Assembly (NCBI GenBank): GCA_963664195.1
Contig: OY760907.1
Location: 1-64,000, forward strand
Origin: an uncultured candidate division Zixibacteria bacterium
Lineage (GTDB): Bacteria; Zixibacteria; MSB-5A5; GN15; FEB-12
Direction of reading: 5' to 3'
Length of the DNA stretch: 64,000 bases
Every line of letters starts with the position of its first letter. Position 1 is the stretch's first letter. Both the position numbers and the translations under genes were made by a program. Positions 1 to 9,640 of the stretch are shown here, one piece after another. A model generated the notes under the pieces. It was not told the origin of the DNA and made no database searches. It saw only the letters and a list, made by a program, of their open reading frames with translations.

Positions 1-645
1 GTATCCAGAATATCACAGCAGATTATCGAAATCGGCAGAAACTTGCAGATTCGCGGACTGGTCGCGGGTACCGACGGAAATATCTCGGTCCGGCTGGACG
101 GTGACCGCATCCTCATCACGGCAACCGGGTGTCGCAAGGGGCAACTCGGTCCTCAGGACCTCGTGACAGTCGATATCGACGGTCACACGCTGGACGGTAA
201 CGCCAGGCCTTCCACAGAGATCGCCCTGCACTTGTCCGTCTACCGCCACCGCCCTGAGATCACGGCTTGTGTTCATGCTCATCCGCCCTATGCAACCGCT
301 CGGGCCGTGGCCGGCATGCCTGTGCCACCCGATGTACTGCCGGAGGTTGTCCTGCTTGTCGGGCCGGTTGCGTTGACAGACTATGCCCCCCCCGGCACGG
401 AGGCGGTCCCGGCCTCGATCGAGCCTTACGTGGCAGACCATCAGGCCTTCCTTATGCGCAACCACGGATTGCTGACGATCGGCCGAACACTGGATGAAGC
501 CTGGAATCGGATGGAAACGGTGGAGCACTATGCACACATACTTCATCTGGCCGAACAGGCGGGAAACGTGAACCGCATTCCCCCAGAAGACTTCGAGCGG
601 CTTACACAGATGAGACAGGATATCGACTCCAAAACTTCTGCTTGA
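1..645 (+). CDS. Class II aldolase/adducin family protein (fuculose-1-phosphate aldolase-like), 5' end outside window
   Basis: Frame open from base 1 (VSRISQQIIEIGRNLQ...). Motifs GTDGNIS, PSTEIALH, VHAHPPY and MRNHG give the Zn-binding His set. Confidence 0.9.
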   Translation, partial: VSRISQQIIEIGRNLQIRGLVAGTDGNISVRLDGDRILITATGCRKGQLGPQDLVTVDIDGHTLDGNARPSTEIALHLSVYRHRPEITACVHAHPPYATARAVAGMPVPPDVLPEVVLLVGPVALTDYAPPGTEAVPASIEPYVADHQAFLMRNHGLLTIGRTLDEAWNRMETVEHYAHILHLAEQAGNVNRIPPEDFERLTQMRQDIDSKTSA

Positions 646-659
646 GTGGAGTAGCCCAG

Positions 660-1838
660 ATGCAGATAAAGAAGATCATCATCGACAGAGCCAATCGGCT
701 GTACCAGATGCCGCCGGACTTGATGGCCTTCGCACGCACCGACAAGACGCGCACGTTTCTCAAGAGGGCTGATCTGATTGACCTCGCGACGTTTCGTTGG
801 CCTGTTCAGTTCGACGAGAATCTCTCCCTCAATCCTGAAAGCCTGCAACCCGCCACCGGGAAGAGAATCGCCGAGTTAAAAGAAGAGCTGGCTGCCTGGA
901 TATCGAAGCATTGCCAATGCAAGGCCATCAGCGACAAGGAAATCTTCATCGGTGGCGGCATTTCGACTCTGCTCCACCAGATTGCCATGTCCTACATTGA
1001 TCCCGGTGATGTCGCCTTCGTACCGGGTCTCGGTATTCCGACATACAGACGAGTGGTCAATGCCTGCAACGGTGAGCCGATCGTCTATTCGATTTCCACA
1101 AAGAGCGACTGGATGCCGAACTTTGAACGCCTGAACACACGATTGGGAAGGGTGGCACGACTACTCTTCCTGAATTCGCCGCACAATCCCACCGGTACAG
1201 AACTGAGCGAGAAGGATTTCAATGAGTTGGCGTGGCTGGCCGGGCGCGAGAATATCTTGATCATCAACGATGCTGCCTACGCCGGGGTCTCGACCAGAAC
1301 ACCGATCTCTCTGCTGTCAGTCAGAGGCGGCACCCGGGTCGGGGTGGAAATGCATTCGTTCTCATACCGGTTCGGTCTTCCGCCGCTGCCGTTTGGTTTT
1401 GCTGTCGGCAACCGAGAGGTTCTGGCAGGCATGGCACTCACAAGAGAACTTGCCCGTGTACATATCCCTGATTACTGGGTCGATATCGCTCTTGAAGCCA
1501 TACGCAGTTTCCCGAATGCCAACCTTCGCCAGCTCAGGACGACACTCAGCCGTGCATCGGCCGAGGCCACCGGCCTGCTTGACGTCATGCAGCTTGAATC
1601 GGCCGGTTCTGGCAGCGTCCCGTACATCTGGGCCAGGATCAACAGGCGAACGATGTCGGTCAATACGGCCCGCCAGTACTTCAAACGCCACCGCGTCCTC
1701 ATGATTCCGGGGTCCGGATTCGGTGAGAACGGCGAGGGATATCTCCGTCTTTGCCTCACCGCCGGACCGGAAGCGTTCGCGGAAGCGACAAAACGGGTGA
1801 GCAAACGCATGACCCTCAGACGAAAAGGCACCAGATGA
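660..1838 (+). CDS. Class I/II PLP aminotransferase-fold protein (DapL/AspC-like) lacking the catalytic lysine
   Basis: LNSPHNPTG, DAAY and GEGYLRL are conserved, but the SxSK motif reads SFSY. ATG at 660 follows a GGAG RBS. Confidence 0.8.
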   Translation: MQIKKIIIDRANRLYQMPPDLMAFARTDKTRTFLKRADLIDLATFRWPVQFDENLSLNPESLQPATGKRIAELKEELAAWISKHCQCKAISDKEIFIGGGISTLLHQIAMSYIDPGDVAFVPGLGIPTYRRVVNACNGEPIVYSISTKSDWMPNFERLNTRLGRVARLLFLNSPHNPTGTELSEKDFNELAWLAGRENILIINDAAYAGVSTRTPISLLSVRGGTRVGVEMHSFSYRFGLPPLPFGFAVGNREVLAGMALTRELARVHIPDYWVDIALEAIRSFPNANLRQLRTTLSRASAEATGLLDVMQLESAGSGSVPYIWARINRRTMSVNTARQYFKRHRVLMIPGSGFGENGEGYLRLCLTAGPEAFAEATKRVSKRMTLRRKGTR

Positions 1839-2218
1839 ACGATGTCATCCGGTTGATCGGGCTGTCTTTCTATGGCTACCACGGTTGCGGCACCGCCGAG
1901 AAAGAGACAGGTAGAGTCTTTGAAGTCGACTGCGAGATGGCCACCGACCTGTCAGGCTCTGGAGTCAGCGATGATCTTGCCGATACAGTCGACTACAGTC
2001 AGGTGTATACGACAATCAAGGATGTCGTCGAGGGTCGATCCCGCTCACTGCTGGAAGCTCTGGCCACCGAAATCGCGGGGTTATTACTTGACAAGTTTCC
2101 GATAGAACGGGTAACTTTGACGGTCCGGAAACTGCATCCGCCGATTGTTGGGCATTTGAAACATGTTGAGGTAGAGATCACGCGCCGTCGTGGTGACTTG
2201 CCAACGACGACCGGGTAG
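1835..2218 (+). CDS. folB: Dihydroneopterin aldolase
   Basis: GYHG, DDLADTVDY, LLEALA and VRKLHPP motifs. ATGA overlap with the upstream gene, followed by folK. Confidence 0.95.
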   Translation: MNDVIRLIGLSFYGYHGCGTAEKETGRVFEVDCEMATDLSGSGVSDDLADTVDYSQVYTTIKDVVEGRSRSLLEALATEIAGLLLDKFPIERVTLTVRKLHPPIVGHLKHVEVEITRRRGDLPTTTG

Positions 2219-2238
2219 GAAAGAAACGGGAACAGGTC

Positions 2239-2745
2239 ATGGAAACAGTATTCATTTTACTCGGCTCCAATCTCGGCGACCGCGAGCGTCTGCTTCGCAA
2301 GGCAATTGATCGCATGGAGCGGATCGAAGGATTTGAGTTGATCGCCAGCTCTGCCGTTTATGCATCTGATGCTCAGGGCATGAAAGGTGAAAACCCACCC
2401 TTTCTGAACCAGGTGATCATGGCGGACTATCAGTACACGCCCAAGGAACTGCTTCGCGCACTCGAACAAATCGAAACCGATCTCGGCCGCACAGACAAAG
2501 GCGGGATGACACCCCGAACGATTGACCTGGACATCCTCCTGTTCGGACAGAAAGTTATCGACCAGAAGCAACTGACAGTTCCCCACCCGAAGCTTCTGGA
2601 ACGGTCCTTCGCCCTCGTGCCCCTGGCCCAGATTGACGCTGAGGTTGTCCACCCTGTTACCGGCCGGACAATCGGGTCCTACATCACCGACAAGCTCCAG
2701 TCTGAAGTGGAAGTATACAAAGACCATGTTGCCCGAAGCGTCTGA
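2239..2745 (+). CDS. folK: 2-amino-4-hydroxy-6-hydroxymethyldihydropteridine diphosphokinase
   Basis: LGSNLGDR, FLNQV, PRTIDLDIL and VPHP...R.F.L.PL motifs. Confidence 0.97.
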   Translation: METVFILLGSNLGDRERLLRKAIDRMERIEGFELIASSAVYASDAQGMKGENPPFLNQVIMADYQYTPKELLRALEQIETDLGRTDKGGMTPRTIDLDILLFGQKVIDQKQLTVPHPKLLERSFALVPLAQIDAEVVHPVTGRTIGSYITDKLQSEVEVYKDHVARSV

Positions 2746-3394
2746 GCACAACTACATCGCGGTCGAGGGCGTCATCGGCGTCGGCAAGACAACTTTTGCC
2801 ACGATGGTAGCCGAGCGTCTCAATGCTGAGTTGTTGAACGAAGAAGTATTCGAGAACCCGTTCCTGGTTGATTTCTACAAGAATCGAAAACGGTATGCCT
2901 TTTCGTGCCAACTCTACTTTCTGATCTCGCGGTTCCAGCAACAACAGCAATTGATGATGCGTGATCTCTTCGCGCAGCGGATCGTATCGGACTATCTATT
3001 CGCGAAGGATTCCATGTTCGCCTCGGTCAACCTCTCCGAGCGAGAACTGGCACTCTATAACAAGGTCGCGCCGGTGCTGTCCCGCGATATTCCTAAGCCG
3101 GACCTGGCAATCTACCTGCAGGCATCTACCCCGGTGCTGTTGAATAGGGTCAGGAAACGGAATCACTCGTTTGAGCGCACGGTTGATGCAGATTATCTGG
3201 AGATGCTAAACAACGCTTACGACTACTACTTCTTCCATTACAGCGATACGCCGCTACTGGTCGTGAAAACCGACGAGATTGATTTCGTCAACAACCCGGA
3301 GCATTTCGACGACTTGATCGAACAAATAGAAAAACCGGTTGTCGGTAAGAAATACTACGTGCCGGCGGCCGATGTCCGTCACATCCAGAGTTGA
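2726..3394 (+). CDS. Deoxynucleoside kinase
   Basis: P-loop IAVEGVIGVGKTT, NPFL..FY, QLYFL..RF and PKPDL.IYL motifs. Typical folK-dNK-panB synteny. Confidence 0.93.
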   Translation: MLPEASEHNYIAVEGVIGVGKTTFATMVAERLNAELLNEEVFENPFLVDFYKNRKRYAFSCQLYFLISRFQQQQQLMMRDLFAQRIVSDYLFAKDSMFASVNLSERELALYNKVAPVLSRDIPKPDLAIYLQASTPVLLNRVRKRNHSFERTVDADYLEMLNNAYDYYFFHYSDTPLLVVKTDEIDFVNNPEHFDDLIEQIEKPVVGKKYYVPAADVRHIQS

Positions 3395-3397
3395 GCC

Positions 3398-4228
3398 ATG
3401 TCTGTCATTCGCAAGATCAAGAAAACCACAGTCCAGACGATCATCACCAAGAAAGCGAAAGGCGAGAAAATCACCGTCCTGACCGCCTACGACTATTTCG
3501 TGGCCGGCTTGCTTGACGAAGCGGGCTTGGACATTCTCCTTGTCGGCGACTCCGCGGGCAATGTGCTCCATGGTTTCGGTTCGACACTCCCCGTGACGAT
3601 GGACATGATGCTGGTGCACACGGCAGCCGTGGCGCGAGGAAGCAAAAGGGCGCTCATCGTAGCCGACATGCCTTTTCTCTCATTCCAACCGTCGGTCGAG
3701 ACTGCTGTCCTCAACGCTGGACGCTTCCTGAAGGAAGGCGCCGCCGAGGCGGTCAAAATCGAAGGCGGCATTGAAATGGCCGCCACCGTCAGGCGCGTTG
3801 TCGAGTGCGGCATCCCCGTGATGGGTCATATAGGTCTCACGCCGCAGTCGATTCATCGGTTTGGAGGCCCCAAGGTTCAGGGACGTGGAGAAAAGTCGCG
3901 CGCATATCTGCTGGAATCGGCGCAGGCGCTCGAAGAAGCAGGTTGTTTCTCGATGGTTCTCGAATTGATGGAGAAGTCAATCGCTGCTGAAGTGACCTCA
4001 AGTCTTAAGACCGCTGCAACTATCGGCATAGGTGCTGGCCCGAACTGCGACGGCCAGGTGCTGGTCATCAATGACATCCTGGGACTGCGGCCTGAAGGAT
4101 TCAAACCGAAATTCCTTCGCGAGTACGCAGACCTCCGTCCGATGATCTCGGATGCTGCCAAACGATTCGCCAACGACGTCCGTTCGGGCGACTACCCCAA
4201 CGACGACGAGTCCTTCAGCGAGAAGTAG
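3398..4228 (+). CDS. panB: 3-methyl-2-oxobutanoate hydroxymethyltransferase
   Basis: LTAYDY, LVGDS, DMPF, VKIEGG, GHIGLTPQ and GIGAG..CDGQVLV motifs. Confidence 0.98.
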   Translation: MSVIRKIKKTTVQTIITKKAKGEKITVLTAYDYFVAGLLDEAGLDILLVGDSAGNVLHGFGSTLPVTMDMMLVHTAAVARGSKRALIVADMPFLSFQPSVETAVLNAGRFLKEGAAEAVKIEGGIEMAATVRRVVECGIPVMGHIGLTPQSIHRFGGPKVQGRGEKSRAYLLESAQALEEAGCFSMVLELMEKSIAAEVTSSLKTAATIGIGAGPNCDGQVLVINDILGLRPEGFKPKFLREYADLRPMISDAAKRFANDVRSGDYPNDDESFSEK

Positions 4229-4248
4229 CTCGCGAGAAATCACACATG

Positions 4249-4282
4249 AAACGCCCCGATGAAATTCTCACCGGGGCGTTTT
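4249..4282. terminator. Bidirectional intrinsic terminator between convergent genes
   Basis: AAACGCCCCG-loop-CGGGGCGTTT(T). Confidence 0.8.
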
Positions 4283-4316
4283 CGGTTCTATCGTTTCGAG
4301 TCGTTCGCTGGCTGGT

Positions 4317-5714
4317 CTACGGACACGCGGGGAGCGGCGCAAACGTAATAAACAGGTGGTCGATCAAGGCCACCAAATCACCCATGGTTACCAGGCCGTC
4401 GGCACTCTCATCCGTGTTGCCTTCTTCATTGCATTCAAGAGGCGCAAACGTTATGAACATGTGATCAATCAGTGTCACAAGATCGCCCATGGTGATCAAG
4501 TTGTCCGCCGAACCGTCCGTATTGCCCACCGAGGGGCCGGTGCAACAGGACAAGTAGATCGCCGGACATCCCTGATCGTATGCACCTACACGGTTGTGGC
4601 CAGTTCCGGCTGTGAGACAAGGAGAGTTTTGTGCTACAGTGTAGTCTTCGACCTCGGCGTCGCAAAAAAGCGGGTTGTCTCCGAAGTTACCATCAGCCGA
4701 CACGACGCTTGTGTCTACGTAGAATCCCATGATGCAATTGAACGTGACCAGAGGTGTCGAAAGCGTGTCCCATATCTCGGATTCGCCAAAATTCAGACTG
4801 TCCCCCCAGATGATGTTGCCGTGGATGTCCATATCGCTCACGTACAGTCCAACTCCTCCGGCATACCCGTCGGACGTGTTCCCGCTGATCGTAGAATAGG
4901 ACAGCACAGCGTCCGAATGCACGAAATACAGTCCTCCGCCGGCACTGCTGGCGTGATTGTTCACGATCGTGTTCTGGAACATCGCAACCGGCACGCCGGA
5001 GAAATCCGAGTAGCCCATGATCCCACCGCCGCTTGAAGCTTGATTGTGCGAAATATAGTTGTCGTTAACCGATCCGCCGGATTCACAGAAGTTGATGCCA
5101 CCGCCACCGACATCTTCGCCGTCCCCGATCCGGTCGGCAACATTGTACGTAATGATGTTGTCCGTGATGACAGGGACACCGCCCTCGGTATGAATTCCGC
5201 CGCCTCGCTGGTCACATACATTGCCCGTAATCGTATTGTAGCTGATAGTCGGCATCGTGTATTCCTCGCAGGAGACGCCGCCTCCCTTGGCTGTGGCCGT
5301 ATTATTCCTGATGATATTGTGCCTGACGAAAGGCTGAGCATAGTTGGTGATGCGCACACCACCACCGGATACTGCAAGACCGTTCTGAATCGTGAACCCG
5401 GTCAGGTTTGCCGCACCAGTCTCCATCGACTCAAACGTCACCACGGAACCGGAAGAATCACCATCGATAATCGTCTGCGAGATGTACGACGTATCGCCTG
5501 TAGAAGCATACAGCGACAACAGCTTGATGTCCTTGCCGCCGAAATTCACATTTTCGTAGTAGGTGCCCGGCTGAACAAGCACAGTATCATTTTCGGAACT
5601 GTTGGCAATAGCCTGCTGAATACTGCCATAGTCGCCCGGAACATCAATAGTAGTAGCCGAACCCGATAGGCAGAGCATGGCGATTAGTGCCGTCACAAGC
5701 AGAAAACTCTTCAT
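4317..5714 (-). CDS. Secreted right-handed beta-helix (pectin lyase-fold) protein with C-terminal dockerin-like module
   Basis: Signal peptide, VPGDYGSIQQAI...PGTYYEN N-cap, repeated N...GGG[IVL] strands and a CC..GNTD..MGDL..CP tail. Confidence 0.85.
   Translation of the reverse strand: MKSFLLVTALIAMLCLSGSATTIDVPGDYGSIQQAIANSSENDTVLVQPGTYYENVNFGGKDIKLLSLYASTGDTSYISQTIIDGDSSGSVVTFESMETGAANLTGFTIQNGLAVSGGGVRITNYAQPFVRHNIIRNNTATAKGGGVSCEEYTMPTISYNTITGNVCDQRGGGIHTEGGVPVITDNIITYNVADRIGDGEDVGGGGINFCESGGSVNDNYISHNQASSGGGIMGYSDFSGVPVAMFQNTIVNNHASSAGGGLYFVHSDAVLSYSTISGNTSDGYAGGVGLYVSDMDIHGNIIWGDSLNFGESEIWDTLSTPLVTFNCIMGFYVDTSVVSADGNFGDNPLFCDAEVEDYTVAQNSPCLTAGTGHNRVGAYDQGCPAIYLSCCTGPSVGNTDGSADNLITMGDLVTLIDHMFITFAPLECNEEGNTDESADGLVTMGDLVALIDHLFITFAPLPACP
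4318..4547. repeat. Exact 230-bp direct repeat, copy 1 (dockerin-coding)
   Basis: Identical by eye to 5983-6212. Confidence 0.92.
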
Positions 5715-5849
5715 TTCGCACTCCGATTAGAGAAACCCGTCTGGTAAGAACATTGGTAGCAGAGTTCCGAAGCCGCCTATCTCAGCGACGGGCATTTGTA
5801 GCCGGATATCGGTCGGCTTCAGATCCTAAATGTGCAGTCATCGAAGCCA

Positions 5850-5878
5850 AAATAGAACATATACTCCTTTTTGTCAAG
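5850..5878 (-). promoter_or_regulatory. Sigma70-type promoter for the beta-helix gene
   Basis: TTGACA-N17-TATTTT on the minus strand. Confidence 0.6.
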
Positions 5879-5926
5879 GCCAACCAGTAACTCGTCCTCA
5901 TACGGCCGGCCGGCAGTACAACATAG

Positions 5927-5955
5927 AAAAGCGGCCACACCAAAGGCATGGCCGC
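5927..5955 (-). terminator. Intrinsic terminator
   Basis: GCGGCCA/TGGCCGC stem followed by T4 on the minus strand. Confidence 0.6.
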
Positions 5956-5981
5956 CTGTATTCGGTCCCGCTATTGCAGGA

Positions 5982-7727
5982 TTACGGACACGCGGGGAGC
6001 GGCGCAAACGTAATAAACAGGTGGTCGATCAAGGCCACCAAATCACCCATGGTTACCAGGCCGTCGGCACTCTCATCCGTGTTGCCTTCTTCATTGCATT
6101 CAAGAGGCGCAAACGTTATGAACATGTGATCAATCAGTGTCACAAGATCGCCCATGGTGATCAAGTTGTCCGCCGAACCGTCCGTATTGCCCACCGAGGG
6201 GCCGGTGCAACACCGCGTGTTGATATCGAAATACGCCTTTCCTCCCTGCTGAGAATCCCAACTCAGGAACAAAACGCCAAACTTGTCGTTACCCAGATAG
6301 TCGATATCCGGCTGGTTGAAGTAGGGCTGCTGATCGGTGTAGGTCTCGGGGGGATCGATCCACAACCCCGCGTAGTCGCGCCAGACGAATCTTCCTTCTC
6401 GCGGTGCGGAATACCACCGGTACACCATCCCCACACCACCACCGCCTCTGGCGCAGACAGCCGGACACTCTGAAGTGGCACCGCTGGTGTCGTAGGACAC
6501 TCCATGAAAGAAGGAAGTACCGCCATTGTAGCTGACAAGGTACACACTGTGAGCGGAAGAGAGGTCCTCCGGCTGGTATTCAAAGAAGCAGTGCACTGTA
6601 TCATCATAAGCGCCAATTGATGTCACATTTGGGATGCCCCCCCCATGCACCGGATACGCCCAGCGCTGTGACCAGGTACCTCCGTCGTTTCCCCTGATGC
6701 GAAGAGTATCGGTATCGTCGATAAATGAGGCAAACATGTAGTAGGTTGAGTTGCCTTCATTGTAGCACAGACTGAGCCCTCTCTCGGCGTTTGTTGCGCC
6801 CACCGTTGAAGGCTGGAAGCTATCCGCAATCTCGGTGTCCCAGTACATGACAGCGGTACCGTCGTCGAGAATGGCCGCAATATACAAACGATTATCCCAC
6901 GAATCCTGATTGGACGTCATCTCGAGTTCCACGAGTCCGCCGTTGGACGAAGGATCAAACGCATGATGAAAATTCTGGCCGTCCTGGAAGTCGACATTGG
7001 CACCGTCGGTACCCTGAAACTTGCGAAGACTCACTGTCGTCGCATTGAATGAGTTTCCAACGAAGCAATACCCATCAACCGCAGCCGCGGCAATAACCGG
7101 CATCAGGTAGGTGCCGCTGCCATACTGGTACGTTTCCACCCAGGTACGACCGCCGTTGTCGGAGAAATTTACAGTCCAACGACTTACCGCACCGTCACCA
7201 ACATGCAACAGGATGGCGAACACATTGCCTGTAGCCACGTCAACGGTAAGCGCCGTGGCATAAACCGAATCGCGAGCACCGATTTGAATATCGTCACCCC
7301 ACTTCGAATCAAGACTGGACTGAAGCGGCTCGATCCACCTGGTGCCGATGCCGAGTCCGTCGAGACTGGTCATCGTCTCCAACTCCGGGAACAGCGCGAG
7401 GGCTTCATCATGCTTGCCCGCGTTCCAGGTCGCCTCAACCCTCCCCAACATCTCGATCACTTCCGGAGAATCGGCCGACATCAGGTCCAGATCAATAACG
7501 GCGTTGCCCCTCCGCTCCACCGGCATGGCCTCAAGCGGTCCCCAGGGAGTTGTCGGCGGAGCCGTCAGCGGACCTTCCTGGCAGTCAATGACCGCGTTTT
7601 CGCCATCATACGCAGCAACCACCGGAGCATTCGCCAGATCTGCTGGCAGTTCTTTGAAATCATATGCCGTCGCTGATGCCCCCAGCGACAACACAAGACC
7701 TGCGATCATCGTGAACAGTCTCATCAT
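5982..7727 (-). CDS. Secreted BNR/Asp-box (sialidase-like beta-propeller) protein with dockerin-like C-terminus
   Basis: Signal peptide and AAGGAG RBS. Asp-box-like FSDNGGRTW and VSYNGGTSF. Paralog of 7928-9640. Confidence 0.75.
   Translation of the reverse strand: MMRLFTMIAGLVLSLGASATAYDFKELPADLANAPVVAAYDGENAVIDCQEGPLTAPPTTPWGPLEAMPVERRGNAVIDLDLMSADSPEVIEMLGRVEATWNAGKHDEALALFPELETMTSLDGLGIGTRWIEPLQSSLDSKWGDDIQIGARDSVYATALTVDVATGNVFAILLHVGDGAVSRWTVNFSDNGGRTWVETYQYGSGTYLMPVIAAAAVDGYCFVGNSFNATTVSLRKFQGTDGANVDFQDGQNFHHAFDPSSNGGLVELEMTSNQDSWDNRLYIAAILDDGTAVMYWDTEIADSFQPSTVGATNAERGLSLCYNEGNSTYYMFASFIDDTDTLRIRGNDGGTWSQRWAYPVHGGGIPNVTSIGAYDDTVHCFFEYQPEDLSSAHSVYLVSYNGGTSFFHGVSYDTSGATSECPAVCARGGGGVGMVYRWYSAPREGRFVWRDYAGLWIDPPETYTDQQPYFNQPDIDYLGNDKFGVLFLSWDSQQGGKAYFDINTRCCTGPSVGNTDGSADNLITMGDLVTLIDHMFITFAPLECNEEGNTDESADGLVTMGDLVALIDHLFITFAPLPACP
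5983..6212. repeat. Exact 230-bp direct repeat, copy 2 (dockerin-coding)
   Basis: Identical by eye to 4318-4547 (offset 1665). Confidence 0.92.
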
Positions 7728-7870
7728 TCTCTCTCCTTAAGAAACGATCTTATCATACAAATGCGTACTCTGCCTTCCAGGGGATGCAAGTAATTACGCG
7801 AACAGACATCTGAAACATAAAGACCCGTACCCTCATGTTAACGTAGAGAAGTCGCACGATCAGGTTCAAC

Positions 7871-7906
7871 AAAAAAACGGTCATACCGCGAAGTTGGTAT
7901 GACCGT
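7871..7906 (-). terminator. Intrinsic terminator
   Basis: ACGGTCATACC/GGTATGACCGT 11-bp stem plus T-tract on the minus strand. Confidence 0.85.
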
Positions 7907-7927
7907 CTGCCAGTAAGCTATCGAAAA

Positions 7928-9640
7928 CTACGGACAAGGCGGGAGCGGATCAAGACTGATAAACAGGTGATCGATCAAAACCGTGAGGTCCCCCATAGTC
8001 ACCAAACCATCAACACTCATATCCACATTGCCCTCTTCAACACATTCGAGCGGCGTCAGACTGATAAAGAGGTGATCGATCATCGTCGTCAGGTCGCCCA
8101 TTGTCACCAGGTTGTCGGCCGAGCCATCTACGTTACCCACCGAAGGTCCTGTGCAGCAGCCGCCTCCCCCGAAATCAAAGAACGCCCCCCGGGTGGGCGA
8201 TGAGAGCGATAGATAGAGTACACCGCACCCGCCTCCCGGCATCGGCACCAGCGACGGTTGATTCCAATACGGTGCCACATCGGAGTATTCGTCTGGATCT
8301 GACCAGAGCCCCCCGTAGTCGCGCCAGACTACCCGGCCCTCCCTCGGATTGGTGTAATAGCGATGCACCATGTACACACCGCCCCCCTCCCGCGCGCATA
8401 CCGCTGGTGACTCGGACGTAGTCGACGTATCCTGTGCAGCACCAAAGAGCCAGGCGTCCCCGCCGTCGTAGGAAACGTAGTACCGACAATAGGAGCGACT
8501 GCCGCTGAACTCGTGAAAGCAGTGAACCGTGTCGTTCCAGGCGCCGATGCTGGTCATGTCCGGTGATGAGGAGCCGACCGGACGGGACCACTTATCATAC
8601 CAGATTCCGAACGGATGAATACCTGCAATCTGCAGACTGTCGCCGGTGCTGATATACGAAGCGAACATGAAGTAGTTGCTGCCGCCCTCGTTGATACAAA
8701 TATCCAATCCCCTATCGGCATCCGTGACACCCGTGGCGAGCTCAGACCAACTCGAGACCTCCTCGTCGTCCCAGAACACGCGCAGTTGCTTGCTGCCCGT
8801 GATGGCCGCAACGTACACACGGTGACTCAAGTCGTCATAATCCTGATTGGAAGCCATGACAAGCTCATCGGTGCCACCTACTCCAGGGACAAACACTTTC
8901 TTGTAGCTGCCAACACTGGAGCCGTTGGATACGCTAAATTGCCTGATGTTCACTCCAGTATCGGACTGGGGATACGTGACGTAGAAACGGTCTCCGACTA
9001 TCGTCGCTGCGATACAAGACCACGGATAATAGGGGGTGTTATAGGTTTCGGTTTCCATCCAGTGCTCGCCGCCATCGATAGAAATGTTCACGCCCCAGGA
9101 AGCCGCCCAACCGTCGCCGGTCCACACGGTCACCGCCAGAAGATTGCCGGTCTCATGGTGGATGTCCATCGCTGTTGTGTAGACAGAGTCCCGACTTCCG
9201 ACGCGCACATCGGTGCCCCATTTCTCCGCGTTCTGAGTTGCCAGCGGCATTCTCCAGGAGTTGGCCACGTTGATCTTCGTCAGATCAGTGTACCTGCCGA
9301 GATCGTCGAAGAGAGCCAGTGCGGCTTCGTGGTCCCCGGCATTCCAGGCCTCTTCGATTTTGTGCGATAGCACAACTGCCTCTTCGGGTCGGTCGCCCCA
9401 CAGCTCCAGTTCGATTTCGGAGTTGCTCCGACGCTCAACCGGCATGGCCGCAAGCCCGTCGCGAGCATTCCCGCCCGGCACGATTTCCTCAAAACCGACA
9501 CCGTCTGTGTCGGTGACATAGTCCGCCACGACTGCGGACGCGGGTTCGAATTCGGCCGGGATTTCAATCAACTCAGATGCGGAGGCGGAAACCGCCAACA
9601 CAGCATACAGAGCCAGAGTTAGCAGAAGTGACTTTCTCAT
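7928..9640 (-). CDS. Secreted BNR/Asp-box beta-propeller protein with dockerin-like C-terminus
   Basis: ATG at 9640 after AAGGAG, signal peptide MRKSLLLTLA, ISIDGGEHW and VSYDGGDAW. Collinear with 5982-7727. Confidence 0.78.
   Translation of the reverse strand: MRKSLLLTLALYAVLAVSASASELIEIPAEFEPASAVVADYVTDTDGVGFEEIVPGGNARDGLAAMPVERRSNSEIELELWGDRPEEAVVLSHKIEEAWNAGDHEAALALFDDLGRYTDLTKINVANSWRMPLATQNAEKWGTDVRVGSRDSVYTTAMDIHHETGNLLAVTVWTGDGWAASWGVNISIDGGEHWMETETYNTPYYPWSCIAATIVGDRFYVTYPQSDTGVNIRQFSVSNGSSVGSYKKVFVPGVGGTDELVMASNQDYDDLSHRVYVAAITGSKQLRVFWDDEEVSSWSELATGVTDADRGLDICINEGGSNYFMFASYISTGDSLQIAGIHPFGIWYDKWSRPVGSSSPDMTSIGAWNDTVHCFHEFSGSRSYCRYYVSYDGGDAWLFGAAQDTSTTSESPAVCAREGGGVYMVHRYYTNPREGRVVWRDYGGLWSDPDEYSDVAPYWNQPSLVPMPGGGCGVLYLSLSSPTRGAFFDFGGGGCCTGPSVGNVDGSADNLVTMGDLTTMIDHLFISLTPLECVEEGNVDMSVDGLVTMGDLTVLIDHLFISLDPLPPCP

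Noticed and set aside
4318..6212. 3'-terminal repeats as a diversity-generating retroelement (TR/VR)
   Set aside because: The copies have no mismatches, so there is no adenine-specific variation. Both are coding, and no reverse transcriptase is in the window.
7928..8160. Internally repeated dockerin DNA as a CRISPR-like array
   Set aside because: Only two degenerate in-frame repeats per gene, with no spacers or cas genes.
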